Of a DNA stretch of 64,000 nt, positions 39,507 through 49,985 are shown in pieces. The stretch is from the NCBI GenBank assembly GCA_033764955.1, contig JANRIL010000024.1, positions 64,001 through 128,000 on the forward strand, given 5' to 3'. The DNA comes from Cyanobacteriota bacterium. GTDB taxonomy: Bacteria > Cyanobacteriota > Cyanobacteriia > Thermostichales > Thermostichaceae. The stretch's first letter is position 1. Every line of letters starts with the position of its first letter. A program made the translations under genes and the position numbers. A model generated the notes under the pieces. It worked only from the letters and a program-made list of their open reading frames with translations. It was not told where the DNA came from and did no database searches.

Positions 39507-40274
39507 TTATTCAATCGCCCCGTAGCTCTGCAACAATTCAACAATACTGCGGTGCTGGCGGCGCAGGGCATAACTGAGGGGAGTCAGTCCCTCTTGGTTG
39601 CGAGGGTTGAGGGTGGCACCTTTATGAATCAATAACTCTACTACCGGTAGGTGTCCCTCCCAAACTGCCCAGTGGAGGGGAGTGGCTCCGTGGCGGTTGG
39701 GGGCATTGATGGCAGCTCCGTACATTAACAAAAAGCTAACAATTCCCTGATGGCCACGGGCGGCGGCCTCGTGCAGAGGGGTACGTCCATCCGCATCCGC
39801 TACATCCACCTGTGCTCCTTTCGACAAGAGGCGAGCCAGGATTCCTTTCCGTCCCGTGCTAGCCGCCCAGTGCATCAAGACTCCACTATCACCCCCCTTG
39901 TTCAAGAGCATCTCGATCACTTCCACCTGATCGGAGAGGGCTGCTCGGTGCAAAGGCGTATAGCCGTGGCGATCCGGCAGGTTGAGGTCGGCTCCCTGTT
40001 CAATTAAAAACAAGGCCAGATCCCGATGTCCCAAAAAAACCGCCACATGCAGAGGGGTAGCTCCGTTTAGGTCTTGGGCATCCACTACCGATCCCAGATT
40101 GATTAGATATTTTGCCAACCCCAGATGTCCCCAGGCGGCTACTTTGTGCAGAGGGGTATGGCCATAGGGATCCGCCAGTTGGGCATTTTCTCCCGTCTGA
40201 AGGCATCTTACCACCGCTTCTTCATCCTGTTTGTCAAGGGCTTGGTGCAGTGTGTCGCTGTTCATGTCACCCAT
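39507..40274 (-). CDS. Ankyrin repeat protein
   Basis: Repeated G.TPLH.A...GH motifs. Confidence 0.93.
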   Translation of the reverse strand: MGDMNSDTLHQALDKQDEEAVVRCLQTGENAQLADPYGHTPLHKVAAWGHLGLAKYLINLGSVVDAQDLNGATPLHVAVFLGHRDLALFLIEQGADLNLPDRHGYTPLHRAALSDQVEVIEMLLNKGGDSGVLMHWAASTGRKGILARLLSKGAQVDVADADGRTPLHEAAARGHQGIVSFLLMYGAAINAPNRHGATPLHWAVWEGHLPVVELLIHKGATLNPRNQEGLTPLSYALRRQHRSIVELLQSYGAIE

Positions 40275-40448
40275 CTAAAAAGCCTGCTTGGACACGGGGA
40301 TCCTGGGCAAAGTCTAACACTGAACTTCTTGGTTACCTCAAGGGAAAATCTGCTGGGAGGGGGGGGTAAGAAAGCAAAGGGGGAGGATCTGGATTTGGGA
40401 TCCCTTCCTCCGGTAGGATGCTGAATAGACCTAGCCTGGAGAACAATC

Positions 40449-40856
40449 GTGACCTTAGCCGTTCGTGTGATTACGCCCGACCGCACCGTCTGGGATACCC
40501 CCAGTGATGAGGTGATTTTGCCCGCCACATCTGGACAATTGGGGGTATTGACAGGACACGCCCCCCTTTTAACCGCTATTGGAACTGGCGTTATGCGGAT
40601 TAAGGTGGCGGGAGAATGGTCAGCGATTGCCGTCATGGGGGGATTTGCCGAAATCGAAGCCAACGAAGTCACAGTTTTGGTGAATCGAGCCGAACGGGGA
40701 GAGAATGTCAACCAAGCGGCGGCTGAGGCTGCCCGTACCACTGCCGAGCAGATTTTGCAGACCAGCACCGACAAACAGGAACGCCTGCAAGCCAAAACCG
40801 ATCAACAGCGGGCGGTCGCCCTGCTGCAAGCGGCTCAAATGGGCAGCAAAGGTTAG
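40449..40856 (+). CDS. atpC: ATP synthase F1 epsilon subunit
   Basis: [38 protein letters not shown]. Confidence 0.95.
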   Translation: MTLAVRVITPDRTVWDTPSDEVILPATSGQLGVLTGHAPLLTAIGTGVMRIKVAGEWSAIAVMGGFAEIEANEVTVLVNRAERGENVNQAAAEAARTTAEQILQTSTDKQERLQAKTDQQRAVALLQAAQMGSKG

Positions 40857-40883
40857 AAATGGGAGATCGTCAACGATAGGTTT

Positions 40884-42353
40884 TCAGGTAGAGGATTTTA
40901 GCCATGTCATTAGTTCGCTGGCCTGCCTCTCCGCTTGTTTGACGCAATCCCCCAGGGAAACTCCCTCCTGATAGTTGGCGCAAAGAAAAAAGCCAGGGAT
41001 CCCGGCCTGGATTTCTCGGATGCGCTGCTGTCGCTGTCGATGACCGAGGGTGTATTGAGGGATGGCCGGTTGCCAGAGGCGTTCCCCCAAAAACTGGGGA
41101 TCGGCGGGGCGAGTTAACAATATTTGGCTTAGCTCCTGGTGGATAATCTCCGTTCGCTGGGCGGTGGAAAGTGCCGTAATGGGTGGGATCCCACGGGATC
41201 GGGCGTAGGCGTGATCCGTAGCCCCACCAATAAAGTTAAGAAAACAATGGTAGCCCTGGGGGGCACGTCCTTCAAACAAGCAGGAAGCCCAAATGGTGCC
41301 AAGGGTACGTAGTCCTTGGGAGCGGGGAATGAGATGGCCAAAACCCCGCAGGGGTTGAGGGAGGGCATCGCTAGGATAGCCAAGAGCCACCACCGCCACC
41401 GGAGCATAGGGAATTTGCCCCAAGATGTCGGCCAGATCAGGTTGCCAAGCTTGCAGGAGAGGAGAAGCTACATAAGCAGGAACAGTCAGCACTAGCGAGC
41501 GGGTTTGCAGGAGAGCGGAGCCTGTGGGGGTTGTGCCCTGGAGGAGATACCCTGGGTGGGTGGGCTGGATCCCCGTGACCCGCCAGTTTAAGTGGAGGTG
41601 GGATCCGAGCCTTTGGGCGAGCGCCTCAGGAAGTTGTTGTAACCCCTGGCGAAAATTTCCCAGTTGTCCACGGCGAGGGCGGGGCTGTATATGGGGAGAG
41701 ATGGGTTCTGGGGGGATACGGGGAGCCTGCCAAAACCCCGCCAACAAACTGCCATAGTTGGCCTCTAGGTCGGCAATGCGGGCAAAGGCGGCGGCGGCAC
41801 TTAACTGAGCCGCATCTCCGGCATAAACCCCCGACACAAACGGGATCACCAACCGCTGCACCACTTCGGATCCCAGTTGCCGCCGAAAAAACTGCTCGAC
41901 GCTCTCCTCTCGCCCTGGTGGGGATCCAACAAACCCCAAGACCCCCAACAAAGCCCTCAATTTTCCGCCAATACTCAACAACCGCGAACCGAGCAGGGAT
42001 CCCGGACTCATGGGAATGGGTAGCAGTTCTCCCTCCCAATAGACAAAGCGGGGCAGTTTCCCATCCGCCAGCAGCAGTTGATCCGCTAGCCCCACCTCAG
42101 CAATTAGATTGAGGAGGGCAGGGGTCGGCATAAAGCTGTTGGGGCCTTCCTCCCAACGGTATCCCCCAGCCGAACGGGTAGAGATACACCCCCCAGGGCA
42201 ACTCTGGGCTTCCACAACCACCACACGGATCCCTTGCTGGTGCAGACGCAGAGCTAACGTTAATCCCGTAATGCCCGCTCCCACCACGACTACATCGGCC
42301 TGTTGGGGATCCCCACCAGGGGATGACGATGATAAAAATTCCGTTGAGGACAT
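40884..42353 (-). CDS. hemY: Protoporphyrinogen oxidase (HemY type)
   Basis: VGAGITGL, WEEGPNSF, FVSGVYAGD, TLGTIWAS.LF, AIPQYTLGH. Confidence 0.92.
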   Translation of the reverse strand: MSSTEFLSSSSPGGDPQQADVVVVGAGITGLTLALRLHQQGIRVVVVEAQSCPGGCISTRSAGGYRWEEGPNSFMPTPALLNLIAEVGLADQLLLADGKLPRFVYWEGELLPIPMSPGSLLGSRLLSIGGKLRALLGVLGFVGSPPGREESVEQFFRRQLGSEVVQRLVIPFVSGVYAGDAAQLSAAAAFARIADLEANYGSLLAGFWQAPRIPPEPISPHIQPRPRRGQLGNFRQGLQQLPEALAQRLGSHLHLNWRVTGIQPTHPGYLLQGTTPTGSALLQTRSLVLTVPAYVASPLLQAWQPDLADILGQIPYAPVAVVALGYPSDALPQPLRGFGHLIPRSQGLRTLGTIWASCLFEGRAPQGYHCFLNFIGGATDHAYARSRGIPPITALSTAQRTEIIHQELSQILLTRPADPQFLGERLWQPAIPQYTLGHRQRQQRIREIQAGIPGFFLCANYQEGVSLGDCVKQAERQASELMTWLKSST

Positions 42354-42389
42354 AAAAATTCCTTAGGGGATGGCGGGATCCCGCAGGGA

Positions 42390-43235
42390 CTAGCCCTCGT
42401 TTCGCTCTTCGGCTACCGGATCGGGAGTAGACACCTCAGCCCGAACTTCTGGGGCAACATATTCCTCTTGCCAGTCAGGGGCAGGTTCTGATACTGGCGG
42501 ACGTTGAGGCTTGGGTTGACGGCTCACCGGCTCCTCTTCGGCGTAGATGTCATCCTCTTCTTCGGTGTATTCGTCTTCATAGTCTTGTTCATAGTCATCC
42601 TCCTCTTCGGCGGCATTGTCAGCCACGGCGCTGGGCAAAGCAGGAACCTCATTAGACTCTTCCCAGGGAGGTTTACCGATACCAAATTGTTCTAAAAAGC
42701 TTTTGGTCAGTTGAGTCAAACGGGCTTCTGCACCATCCGCTACGATCAAACGATTGGATCCAACGGAAACAATTTCGTCGGCTGACATTTGATAAGTGCT
42801 GAGGATAAATCCTGGCAGGAAGGAAATACCCAGGCTGGAAAGGGTGAGGCTACTGATCACACCAGACGCGGCATTAAACTCAAAGTCTTTGACTTTCCCT
42901 AGGCGAGTGCCAGTTTCGCTCACCACGTCACTGCCCACCACCTTCGATAGCCCCTCTAGATCCAAATTGTCAAAAGCTGCTTCGCTGGGGATCAAAATAG
43001 CATCTCGACCCAGGGCTGCCACCTGGCGTAGTTCGATGGAGGCGGGCACACCCGACAACGCTTGTTCTCTCACCCGCAAAACCAAAACTTGTTTGGCTTC
43101 TAGATCGACCAAGACATCGCTGATCACCCCTAAGCGGGCTGCATTACCTTGGCTAATCACCTGGGTTCCCAGAATCTGGGATCGCCGACGCGCTTCAGAC
43201 CGCACCAGTGCAACAGATTCTTTACCCGTCGTCAT
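42390..43235 (-). CDS. PRC-barrel domain protein
   Basis: Two PRC repeats (RLGVISD; G..LGKVKDFEFN) and acidic tail. Confidence 0.85.
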   Translation of the reverse strand: MTTGKESVALVRSEARRRSQILGTQVISQGNAARLGVISDVLVDLEAKQVLVLRVREQALSGVPASIELRQVAALGRDAILIPSEAAFDNLDLEGLSKVVGSDVVSETGTRLGKVKDFEFNAASGVISSLTLSSLGISFLPGFILSTYQMSADEIVSVGSNRLIVADGAEARLTQLTKSFLEQFGIGKPPWEESNEVPALPSAVADNAAEEEDDYEQDYEDEYTEEEDDIYAEEEPVSRQPKPQRPPVSEPAPDWQEEYVAPEVRAEVSTPDPVAEERNEG

Positions 43236-43412
43236 GGTATTGACCTCGTCCTGAGTTAAACCAAACTCATTAAATCAGAATTGGATGCTATTTTTGTAGG
43301 GCTTATTGCCGGACTCAAGGGAGGCAACGCTCCTGTCAATCCCTGAATAGCTTATCACGAAGCCCCTCGCTCCTAGACTTGAGGGATCCCTAAATCTGTC
43401 TGGGAGGGGAGC

Positions 43413-44507
43413 CTAGGTGTCATCGGTTCCACTCTGGAGAACCTCACGGATCCAGAGGCGAAATTGCTCTGCCATGACTTCTATGGAATAAAACTGCTCA
43501 GCGTGCTGGCGACAAACTCGGCGATCAATTTTAGGAATGTCTGACAACGCCCTCACCATCTCTTGCCAGTTGTCCGGCTCGACAATCCAGCCCGTTTTAC
43601 CTGGCTCGACAATCTCGGCGGGTCCCCCTCGTCCATAGGTCACCACCGGCACACCACAGGCCAGAGCCTCCACCACCACCATGCCAAAGGCTTCGATCCA
43701 TTTGGGAGTCATCAGGAGGGCGCGGGATTGACCCAGTAGGGTCTGCATTTGAGCTGTTGGCAAAAATCCTTGGTAATGGAGGGGGGCGGCAGGATAACGG
43801 CTTTGGATCTGCTGCCAATAGGCGGGATCCTGCATATGACCGAGCACCCAGACGGGCAGCCCCGTGGCTTGGGCAACGGCGGCACAGTCTTCTAACCCTT
43901 TTTCGGGGGCAATCCGCCCGATCCAGCACAAAGGACCTGCCTGGGTGGGGTTGAATTGATACTGACTCAGATCCAGTCCACAGGGCAAAACCACAAAGGG
44001 ATCCCTGTCCGTTCCTGAATAGGACCAGCCAAAGGTTGCTGCCTGCGCCCGTGAGTGCAGGGCAATCCGGCGGGGAAAGCGGCTCAAGGTTTCATTGAGG
44101 ATGCTATCCACACCATCAGAAAGGGATCCCATACTGACGATATGGACAACGGGTGTATTAAAAAAAGACGTGAGATAGAACGGTAACCAATCATAGCCCC
44201 AGTTAACGATGATATCGAACTCGGTTTGCCGTTGGTGGGCACGTTGCCAGAGGTTAGCCAGTAGAGAGGGCAAGCGAATTTCGGTGGGGGCAGTGCGGGC
44301 TTGATGTTGGGCATAAGGGGGGGGAAAGCCTTCTACAGGGGTGCAGTCTAAACCAGGGGTTTGGGATCCACTTGCCGCCAAGACTTGCACCTGATCTCCG
44401 GTGGCTTGCAGGTGCCGCCCCAGGTTGAGCAGGTTAAGTTCCACCCCACCCCCCGCCCCCGATCCGAGGGATCCCACCGCTGTCGCCACAAACAGATACC
44501 GTGTCAT
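43413..44507 (-). CDS. Glycosyltransferase family 4
   Basis: GRIAPEKG, EAFGMVVVEALACGVPV. Confidence 0.92.
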   Translation of the reverse strand: MTRYLFVATAVGSLGSGAGGGVELNLLNLGRHLQATGDQVQVLAASGSQTPGLDCTPVEGFPPPYAQHQARTAPTEIRLPSLLANLWQRAHQRQTEFDIIVNWGYDWLPFYLTSFFNTPVVHIVSMGSLSDGVDSILNETLSRFPRRIALHSRAQAATFGWSYSGTDRDPFVVLPCGLDLSQYQFNPTQAGPLCWIGRIAPEKGLEDCAAVAQATGLPVWVLGHMQDPAYWQQIQSRYPAAPLHYQGFLPTAQMQTLLGQSRALLMTPKWIEAFGMVVVEALACGVPVVTYGRGGPAEIVEPGKTGWIVEPDNWQEMVRALSDIPKIDRRVCRQHAEQFYSIEVMAEQFRLWIREVLQSGTDDT

Positions 44508-44571
44508 GGTTTGCCATCGCTCGCCAACGAAAAAGCCTAGTCTTATCCCACCCGTCTTATTTTCAGATGTA

Positions 44572-44895
44572 TCAGAGAAAGGGGAAAATCGAACGATAGG
44601 CTTTGCGTAGCTTCAGCAAAAAGATCAAGCGTTTCACTTCGGGAGCAACCTCCGGCTCGGCGCTGGGTCGCTCCCGCAAATCCTGCTGTAGCTGTTGATA
44701 TTGGCTCGGGGTAAGGGGTTGATTGTCAATGGGGGAACGAGCAGCAAGGCTGGGTTGAATGCGGAGGATCTCTTCCGGGATATCCTCCGGTTCCGGCAGG
44801 GCGTCAGCAGCCAGAGAAGCAACAATCCCGACTAAACCGATCCCCAGCACTATGAATAGCCGGATTGGTAGCAACATTATGGATTCTCTCCTCAA
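44572..44895 (-). CDS. Conserved cyanobacterial hypothetical protein
   Basis: LP.PEDIPEEILR..ARSPID.QPL..IFLLKLRK; N-terminal signal/TM. Confidence 0.7.
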   Translation of the reverse strand: MRRESIMLLPIRLFIVLGIGLVGIVASLAADALPEPEDIPEEILRIQPSLAARSPIDNQPLTPSQYQQLQQDLRERPSAEPEVAPEVKRLIFLLKLRKAYRSIFPFL

Positions 44896-45339
44896 GCGCT
44901 TTGGTCTGAATCGGGGCTTAGCTATCCTGACCTATGGTTAGCAAGGTGAGTGACAAATGGAAGGAAACATTTATCCTACCGAATGACCACAGGATGAAGC
45001 TCTTGTCAAATCCATCAGAATTCTTAATTTGGATACATTATGGATCCTCAGGTTGGACGCTAACGCTTCACATCGGCGGCGGCAGATTCCTCGACAACTC
45101 CACCAGCAGCTTTCAGCCGTCCGCTAGATTGGGGTTGCTAGAAAAGTGGATTGAACGGCTAGTTGCTCTCCTTCAGCAAAGATAGCTTCGATACAGGAGC
45201 TTTGAATTTGCACGAAGCCTTCTCTCTGTCTGAAAAGCTGATAGCGAGGTGCTCTGATTTCTGGGTGGGGGAGTCTGAATCCAAATCGTGTAAAGTATTG
45301 TGTAGAAGCTTAATATAGAAAATAAGGGATCCCTCCATC

Positions 45340-46518
45340 ATGCAGCGGATTATTTTGATGACAGGCAAAGGTGGTGTTGGCAAAACCTCAATGGCTGCTG
45401 CCACCGGATGGCGCTGTGCTGAACTGGGCTACAAGACCCTGGTGCTGAGTACGGATCCCGCCCATTCGCTGGCAGATAGCTTTGATCAACCTCTGGGGCA
45501 TGAACCCGTGCAGGTGAAACCCAATCTCTGGGGAGCGGAGTTGGATGCCCTGATTGAACTGGAACAAAACTGGGGATCCGTCAAAACCTACATCACACAG
45601 GTCTTGCAAGCACGGGGGTTGGATGGAGTACAAGCGCAAGAACTCGCTATTTTGCCGGGGATGGATGAAATCTTTGCCCTAGTTCGTGTCAACCGCCACT
45701 ACGACGAAGGGGAGTTTGATGTGTTGATTATTGATTCCGCTCCCACCGGAACGGCGCTCCGCCTCCTCAGTTTACCGGATGTGTCCGGCTGGTATATGCG
45801 GAAGTTTTACAAACCCTTGCAGGGGTTAGCGCAAATTTTAAGGCCAATTGCTGAACCAATTGTCAAAGGCTTGACAGGCATTCCTTTACCCGACAATAAA
45901 GTTATGGATGCGCCCTACGAATTTTATGAAAAGATTGAGCGCCTAGAAAAGATTTTGACTAATAATTCCATCACTTCTGTTCGGTTGGTGACCAACCCCG
46001 AAAAGATGGTAATCAAGGAATCATTGCGTGCCCATGCTTATCTCAGTCTTTATAATGTAGCAACCGATTTGGTGATTGCCAACCGGATTTTACCTGATCA
46101 TGTGGTAGATCCTTATTTCGCTCAATGGAAGGCTTCCCAGCAGTATTATCGCCAACAAATTCACGAAAACTTCTCACCACTGCCTGTTTTTGAAATCCCA
46201 CTTTATGCGGAAGAGATGGTAGGTTGGGAAGCTTTACATCGCCTCAAACAGGATCTCTGGCATGACCGAAATCCAGCAGATGTCTTTCATCAAGAAACTA
46301 CCATGTCTGTGGTCACAGATAATGGCCAGTATCGCCTCGATCTCTATCTGCCTGGGATCCCTAAAGAGCAGATTGAGCTAACCAAGACGGGAGATGAATT
46401 GAATATTCGTATTGGCAATCATCGGCGGAATTTAGTGTTGCCACAAACCTTAGCCGCCATGCAGCCTGCCCGTGCCAAAATGGAGCAGGATTATCTGCAA
46501 ATTCATTTTGCGGCTTAA
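45340..46518 (+). CDS. ArsA/GET3-family ATPase with Hsp20-like C-terminus
   Basis: [36 protein letters not shown]. Confidence 0.93.
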   Translation: MQRIILMTGKGGVGKTSMAAATGWRCAELGYKTLVLSTDPAHSLADSFDQPLGHEPVQVKPNLWGAELDALIELEQNWGSVKTYITQVLQARGLDGVQAQELAILPGMDEIFALVRVNRHYDEGEFDVLIIDSAPTGTALRLLSLPDVSGWYMRKFYKPLQGLAQILRPIAEPIVKGLTGIPLPDNKVMDAPYEFYEKIERLEKILTNNSITSVRLVTNPEKMVIKESLRAHAYLSLYNVATDLVIANRILPDHVVDPYFAQWKASQQYYRQQIHENFSPLPVFEIPLYAEEMVGWEALHRLKQDLWHDRNPADVFHQETTMSVVTDNGQYRLDLYLPGIPKEQIELTKTGDELNIRIGNHRRNLVLPQTLAAMQPARAKMEQDYLQIHFAA

Positions 46519-46706
46519 CAAAGATGAGGTCAATGTTAGCTTGCTTAGGCTGACGGCTAGGACAAAGCAGTTAATTGATCTTCAAGTTCGGGTAGCGGCA
46601 ACGGTTCTATGAATAGCCATACACAACGTCTAACTTAGAACCATTTTGAGTTTGCAGTTAGCATAGTGATTGGTTGATAGCCTGATAGCTGGAGAAGTCA
46701 ACTTAA

Positions 46707-47270
46707 ATGGTACAAACTTCATCTAAAAGACTCACCCTAGCGGATTTTTTGAAATTACCAGAAACCAAACCTGCCAGCGAATACGTTGATGGTCAAATTA
46801 TTCAGAAGCCCATGCCTCAAGGGAAACACAGTGCTATTCAAGGAGAACTAGTAGCCGCTGTCAATGGTGTCCTTAAGTCTCAGCGTATTGCTCGTGCATT
46901 CCCTGAGCTACGTTGTACCTTTGGAGGTCGTTCAACTGTTCCTGACATTGCCGTTTTTCTTTGGAATCGCATTCCCCGTGATGAGAATGGAGAGGTTGCC
47001 AATACATTTCCGATTGCTCCCGATTGGACAATTGAAATCCTGTCTCCTGATCAAAGCCAAACAAAAGTAACAAAAAATATCCTTCACTGTCTGCGGCATG
47101 GAACGCAAATGGGTTGGTTAATTGATCCCGATGAACAAACTGTGTTTGTCTATCGTCCCAAACAAGAACCTGAAGTGTTGGACGAGCCAGATGAAGTTGT
47201 CTCTTCCCCACCATTTGTCAGCAATCTACAGCTTACGATCCACACTTTGTTTGCTTGGTTATTGGAGTAA
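46707..47270 (+). CDS. Uma2 family (DUF820) endonuclease
   Basis: LPETKPASEY, PELRCTF, VPDIAV, PDWTIEILSP. Confidence 0.92.
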   Translation: MVQTSSKRLTLADFLKLPETKPASEYVDGQIIQKPMPQGKHSAIQGELVAAVNGVLKSQRIARAFPELRCTFGGRSTVPDIAVFLWNRIPRDENGEVANTFPIAPDWTIEILSPDQSQTKVTKNILHCLRHGTQMGWLIDPDEQTVFVYRPKQEPEVLDEPDEVVSSPPFVSNLQLTIHTLFAWLLE

Positions 47271-47350
47271 GCCTTGATTAGCACGTTCCAGCGCACCCCA
47301 ATCGGATCGGAACTAGGCCAAAATAGCTTCGTTGGGTTGAGAGATCGGCC

Positions 47351-47719
47351 ATGAGCTTGATTGGAAATATCATCTGGCTAGTGTTTGGAGGCTTTTTTGC
47401 AGGTCTCGGCTATATCTTGGGGGGGATCACCCTCTGCCTGACCATCATCGGCATCCCCTTTGGCATTCAGTCCATCAAATTAGGCATCGCTACCTTCACC
47501 CCGTTCGGGCGAAAGATTGTGGAATCGGATAATGCCAATGGTATTTTAGCCACGATTTTTAACATCATCTGGCTGATCTTGTTTGGCTGGCCTCTTGCTC
47601 TCAATCACCTGTTTTGGGCGGCTGTGCTGGGCATTTCCATCATCGGGATCCCTTTTGCCATTCAACACCTCAAGTTGATCGTGCTGGCGATTTTCCCGTT
47701 TGGTCGTAATTTGCGCTGA
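47351..47719 (+). CDS. YccF domain membrane protein
   Basis: Duplicated NIIWL.FG..TIIGIPF..PFG repeat. Confidence 0.92.
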   Translation: MSLIGNIIWLVFGGFFAGLGYILGGITLCLTIIGIPFGIQSIKLGIATFTPFGRKIVESDNANGILATIFNIIWLILFGWPLALNHLFWAAVLGISIIGIPFAIQHLKLIVLAIFPFGRNLR

Positions 47720-47725
47720 CGACTC

Positions 47726-49171
47726 CTAGCCTAGCGAGCGGAGGAAGGAAAACAGGTTTTGCAAGAGATTCTGCTGCCAAAGATTTTTGGCATATTTTTG
47801 TTTGGCCAGTTGAAGGGCGGCTTTGGCGTTGACCTCTGAGAGGGTAGGGTAAATGTGCATTCCCGTCAGGGCGGAAACCGGCAACTGATAATTCATGGCC
47901 AGCACAATTTCGCTCAAGAGTTCTCCCGCTGAGGCTCCCACCAAATGCGCCCCCAAGATTTCTCCCTTGCGGCGACAGATCAATTTGGCAAAGCCAACCG
48001 TAGCCGCCTCTGCTTGGGCACGATCCACCTCGGCAAAATCGTGCTTTAGCACCACCACATCGGTGTATTGCTGACGAGCTTCTGCTTCGGTTAGTCCTAC
48101 CCGCGCTAACTCTGGATCGGTAAAGGTAGCCCAGGGAATCACCCGATACTTAGCTTTGACCAAGGGCAACAGCAGGGCGTTCGTGGCCGCCACAAACCCT
48201 TCATAGCCCGCCACATGCGTAAATTGATAGCCGCCGATCACATCCCCACAGGCATAAACTTTGGGATTGGATGTACGCAGATGCTTATCCACTTTGATGC
48301 CGGATGGGTCGTAGCCCACTCCAGCGGCTTCCAGGTTGAGTTCCTCCACATTCGGTACTCGCCCCGCCGCCACGACGATTTCATCCACTGTCAACACCTG
48401 CCCACTCACTCGGAGCTGTTTTTTGCCCTGCTGCTGGCTGGCGGACTCGGCTCTGGCCTTGCTGATAATCTCGATCCCTTCCCGTTGCAGTTGTTGCTGT
48501 ACAACACGGGCAGCTTCTGGGTCTTCTTTGGGAAGAATGGTCTCCCGGCTGGCAATCAAGATAACACGGGATCCCAACCGGCTGAGAGCCTGCCCCAGCT
48601 CACAACCAATCGGACCAGCCCCAATCACAGCCACACTGGCGGGGCGGTTGGTCAGATCAAAAATCTTTTCGTTGGTGAGATAGCCCACTTCCTCTAGCCC
48701 AGGCACAGGCGGCACCTGCGGACGGGATCCCGTAGCGATGATAAAGGCGCGCCCTTTCAGTTGGCGTCCATTCACCTCAAAGGTTTGTTTGTCGAGAAAA
48801 CGGCCACTGCCAAAGATCAGATCTACCCCCAACTTGCGAAATCGGTCCGGAGAATCGGCGTGATTGGCAATAAAATTCTGCGCGGCTTTGATGTGCTGAT
48901 AAACCTTGAGATAGTCAACATCAGGGCCGGAACCATTGATCCCACTGTTCAAAATCAACCCCGTTTGGGCGGCTTGCCGCGTCTCATGCGCCAGACGAGA
49001 CACATGAATTAAGGATTTGCTGGGAACACAGCCATACCACAAACAATCTCCGCCAATCCGCTCTTCTCGCTCCACCAAGGCAACCTTGGCCTTCAACTGA
49101 GCGGCAAAGCTGGCGGCCACCAACCCGCCGGAACCTCCCCCAATCACCACAATATCGTAGGGTACTGCCAC
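47726..49171 (-). CDS. Pyridine nucleotide-disulfide oxidoreductase (mercuric reductase/dihydrolipoamide dehydrogenase-like)
   Basis: GGGSGG, GGDCLWYGCVPSK, GAGPIG, GD, HIYPT. Confidence 0.9.
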   Translation of the reverse strand: MAVPYDIVVIGGGSGGLVAASFAAQLKAKVALVEREERIGGDCLWYGCVPSKSLIHVSRLAHETRQAAQTGLILNSGINGSGPDVDYLKVYQHIKAAQNFIANHADSPDRFRKLGVDLIFGSGRFLDKQTFEVNGRQLKGRAFIIATGSRPQVPPVPGLEEVGYLTNEKIFDLTNRPASVAVIGAGPIGCELGQALSRLGSRVILIASRETILPKEDPEAARVVQQQLQREGIEIISKARAESASQQQGKKQLRVSGQVLTVDEIVVAAGRVPNVEELNLEAAGVGYDPSGIKVDKHLRTSNPKVYACGDVIGGYQFTHVAGYEGFVAATNALLLPLVKAKYRVIPWATFTDPELARVGLTEAEARQQYTDVVVLKHDFAEVDRAQAEAATVGFAKLICRRKGEILGAHLVGASAGELLSEIVLAMNYQLPVSALTGMHIYPTLSEVNAKAALQLAKQKYAKNLWQQNLLQNLFSFLRSLG

Positions 49172-49371
49172 GGTCTGACCTCAGAGAACGATGGGGCTGA
49201 CTTCAAGAGCTGACCTCAAGACCATCCAGCTCCCACCAGGATGATAAGGGCATCCCTAGGGGGAAAAAGTGAGATTCTCCTAAATTCATGCTAAGGATCT
49301 GGCAAAACCTCCCCTCACCCGCAGCAGCACCGATGGGTTAAGGGATCCCTAACTATTCGGTCACCCGTTGT

Positions 49372-49860
49372 TTAGAGCTTTGTTTTGAAGACCTGAATGG
49401 CTTCCGCCAGATCTTGATATTCCTCACAGGTGGTGTTGCCACAAATTTGTTGCAACCTTTGCAGTTGAGCTTCCGCCTGGGGCAAATTATTGGCTTGCAG
49501 ATAAGCCTCCCCTAGATATTCTAGGGCTTGTTTGTGGTCGGGATCCCATTTGAGGGCTTGGGCATATCCCGCAAAGGCTTTGTCGAGGTTGCCCTGTTGG
49601 CGATAGCTGTAGGCGAGGTAGTTCCAGGCATCGGCATTTTGGGGATCCTCGGCCACGGCTTTTTCCAGATGGGTAATAGCGCTTGACCAGTTTTTGGCCT
49701 TGACCGCTTTGGCTCCCTGTTCATAGTTAGTGGTGGTTTCAGACTCAGAAGGAGCCGATTCTTCCCACCCACTGGGAGCCGCCCAAGCAATAGGAAGGCT
49801 TATTCCACCAGCCAGCCCCAGCAGAAGAACGAGATACGCTAGACGAGAAGTGGCAGACAT
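49372..49860 (-). CDS. Secreted TPR protein
   Basis: Signal peptide, NADAWNYLAYSYR, HKQALEYLGE. Confidence 0.85.
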   Translation of the reverse strand: MSATSRLAYLVLLLGLAGGISLPIAWAAPSGWEESAPSESETTTNYEQGAKAVKAKNWSSAITHLEKAVAEDPQNADAWNYLAYSYRQQGNLDKAFAGYAQALKWDPDHKQALEYLGEAYLQANNLPQAEAQLQRLQQICGNTTCEEYQDLAEAIQVFKTKL

Positions 49861-49985
49861 AAGCAGCAAACCCCTGGAAAATTTACCTCCTTTCTATCCT
49901 GCAAGGCCAGCAACGACAATCCGCACGATCAAGAGAGGATGCCACAATAGAGAGCAACTTTGGTCTGTTTCTCGGCGCAAGATCC

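Noticed and set aside
45060..45260. Possible SnoaL/ester cyclase remnant (IEAIFAEGEQLAVQSTF, minus strand)
   Set aside because: Only a short resemblance ending in a stop; needs BLASTX
46707..47270. Uma2 nuclease as part of a defence island
   Set aside because: Common dispersed cyanobacterial family with housekeeping neighbours
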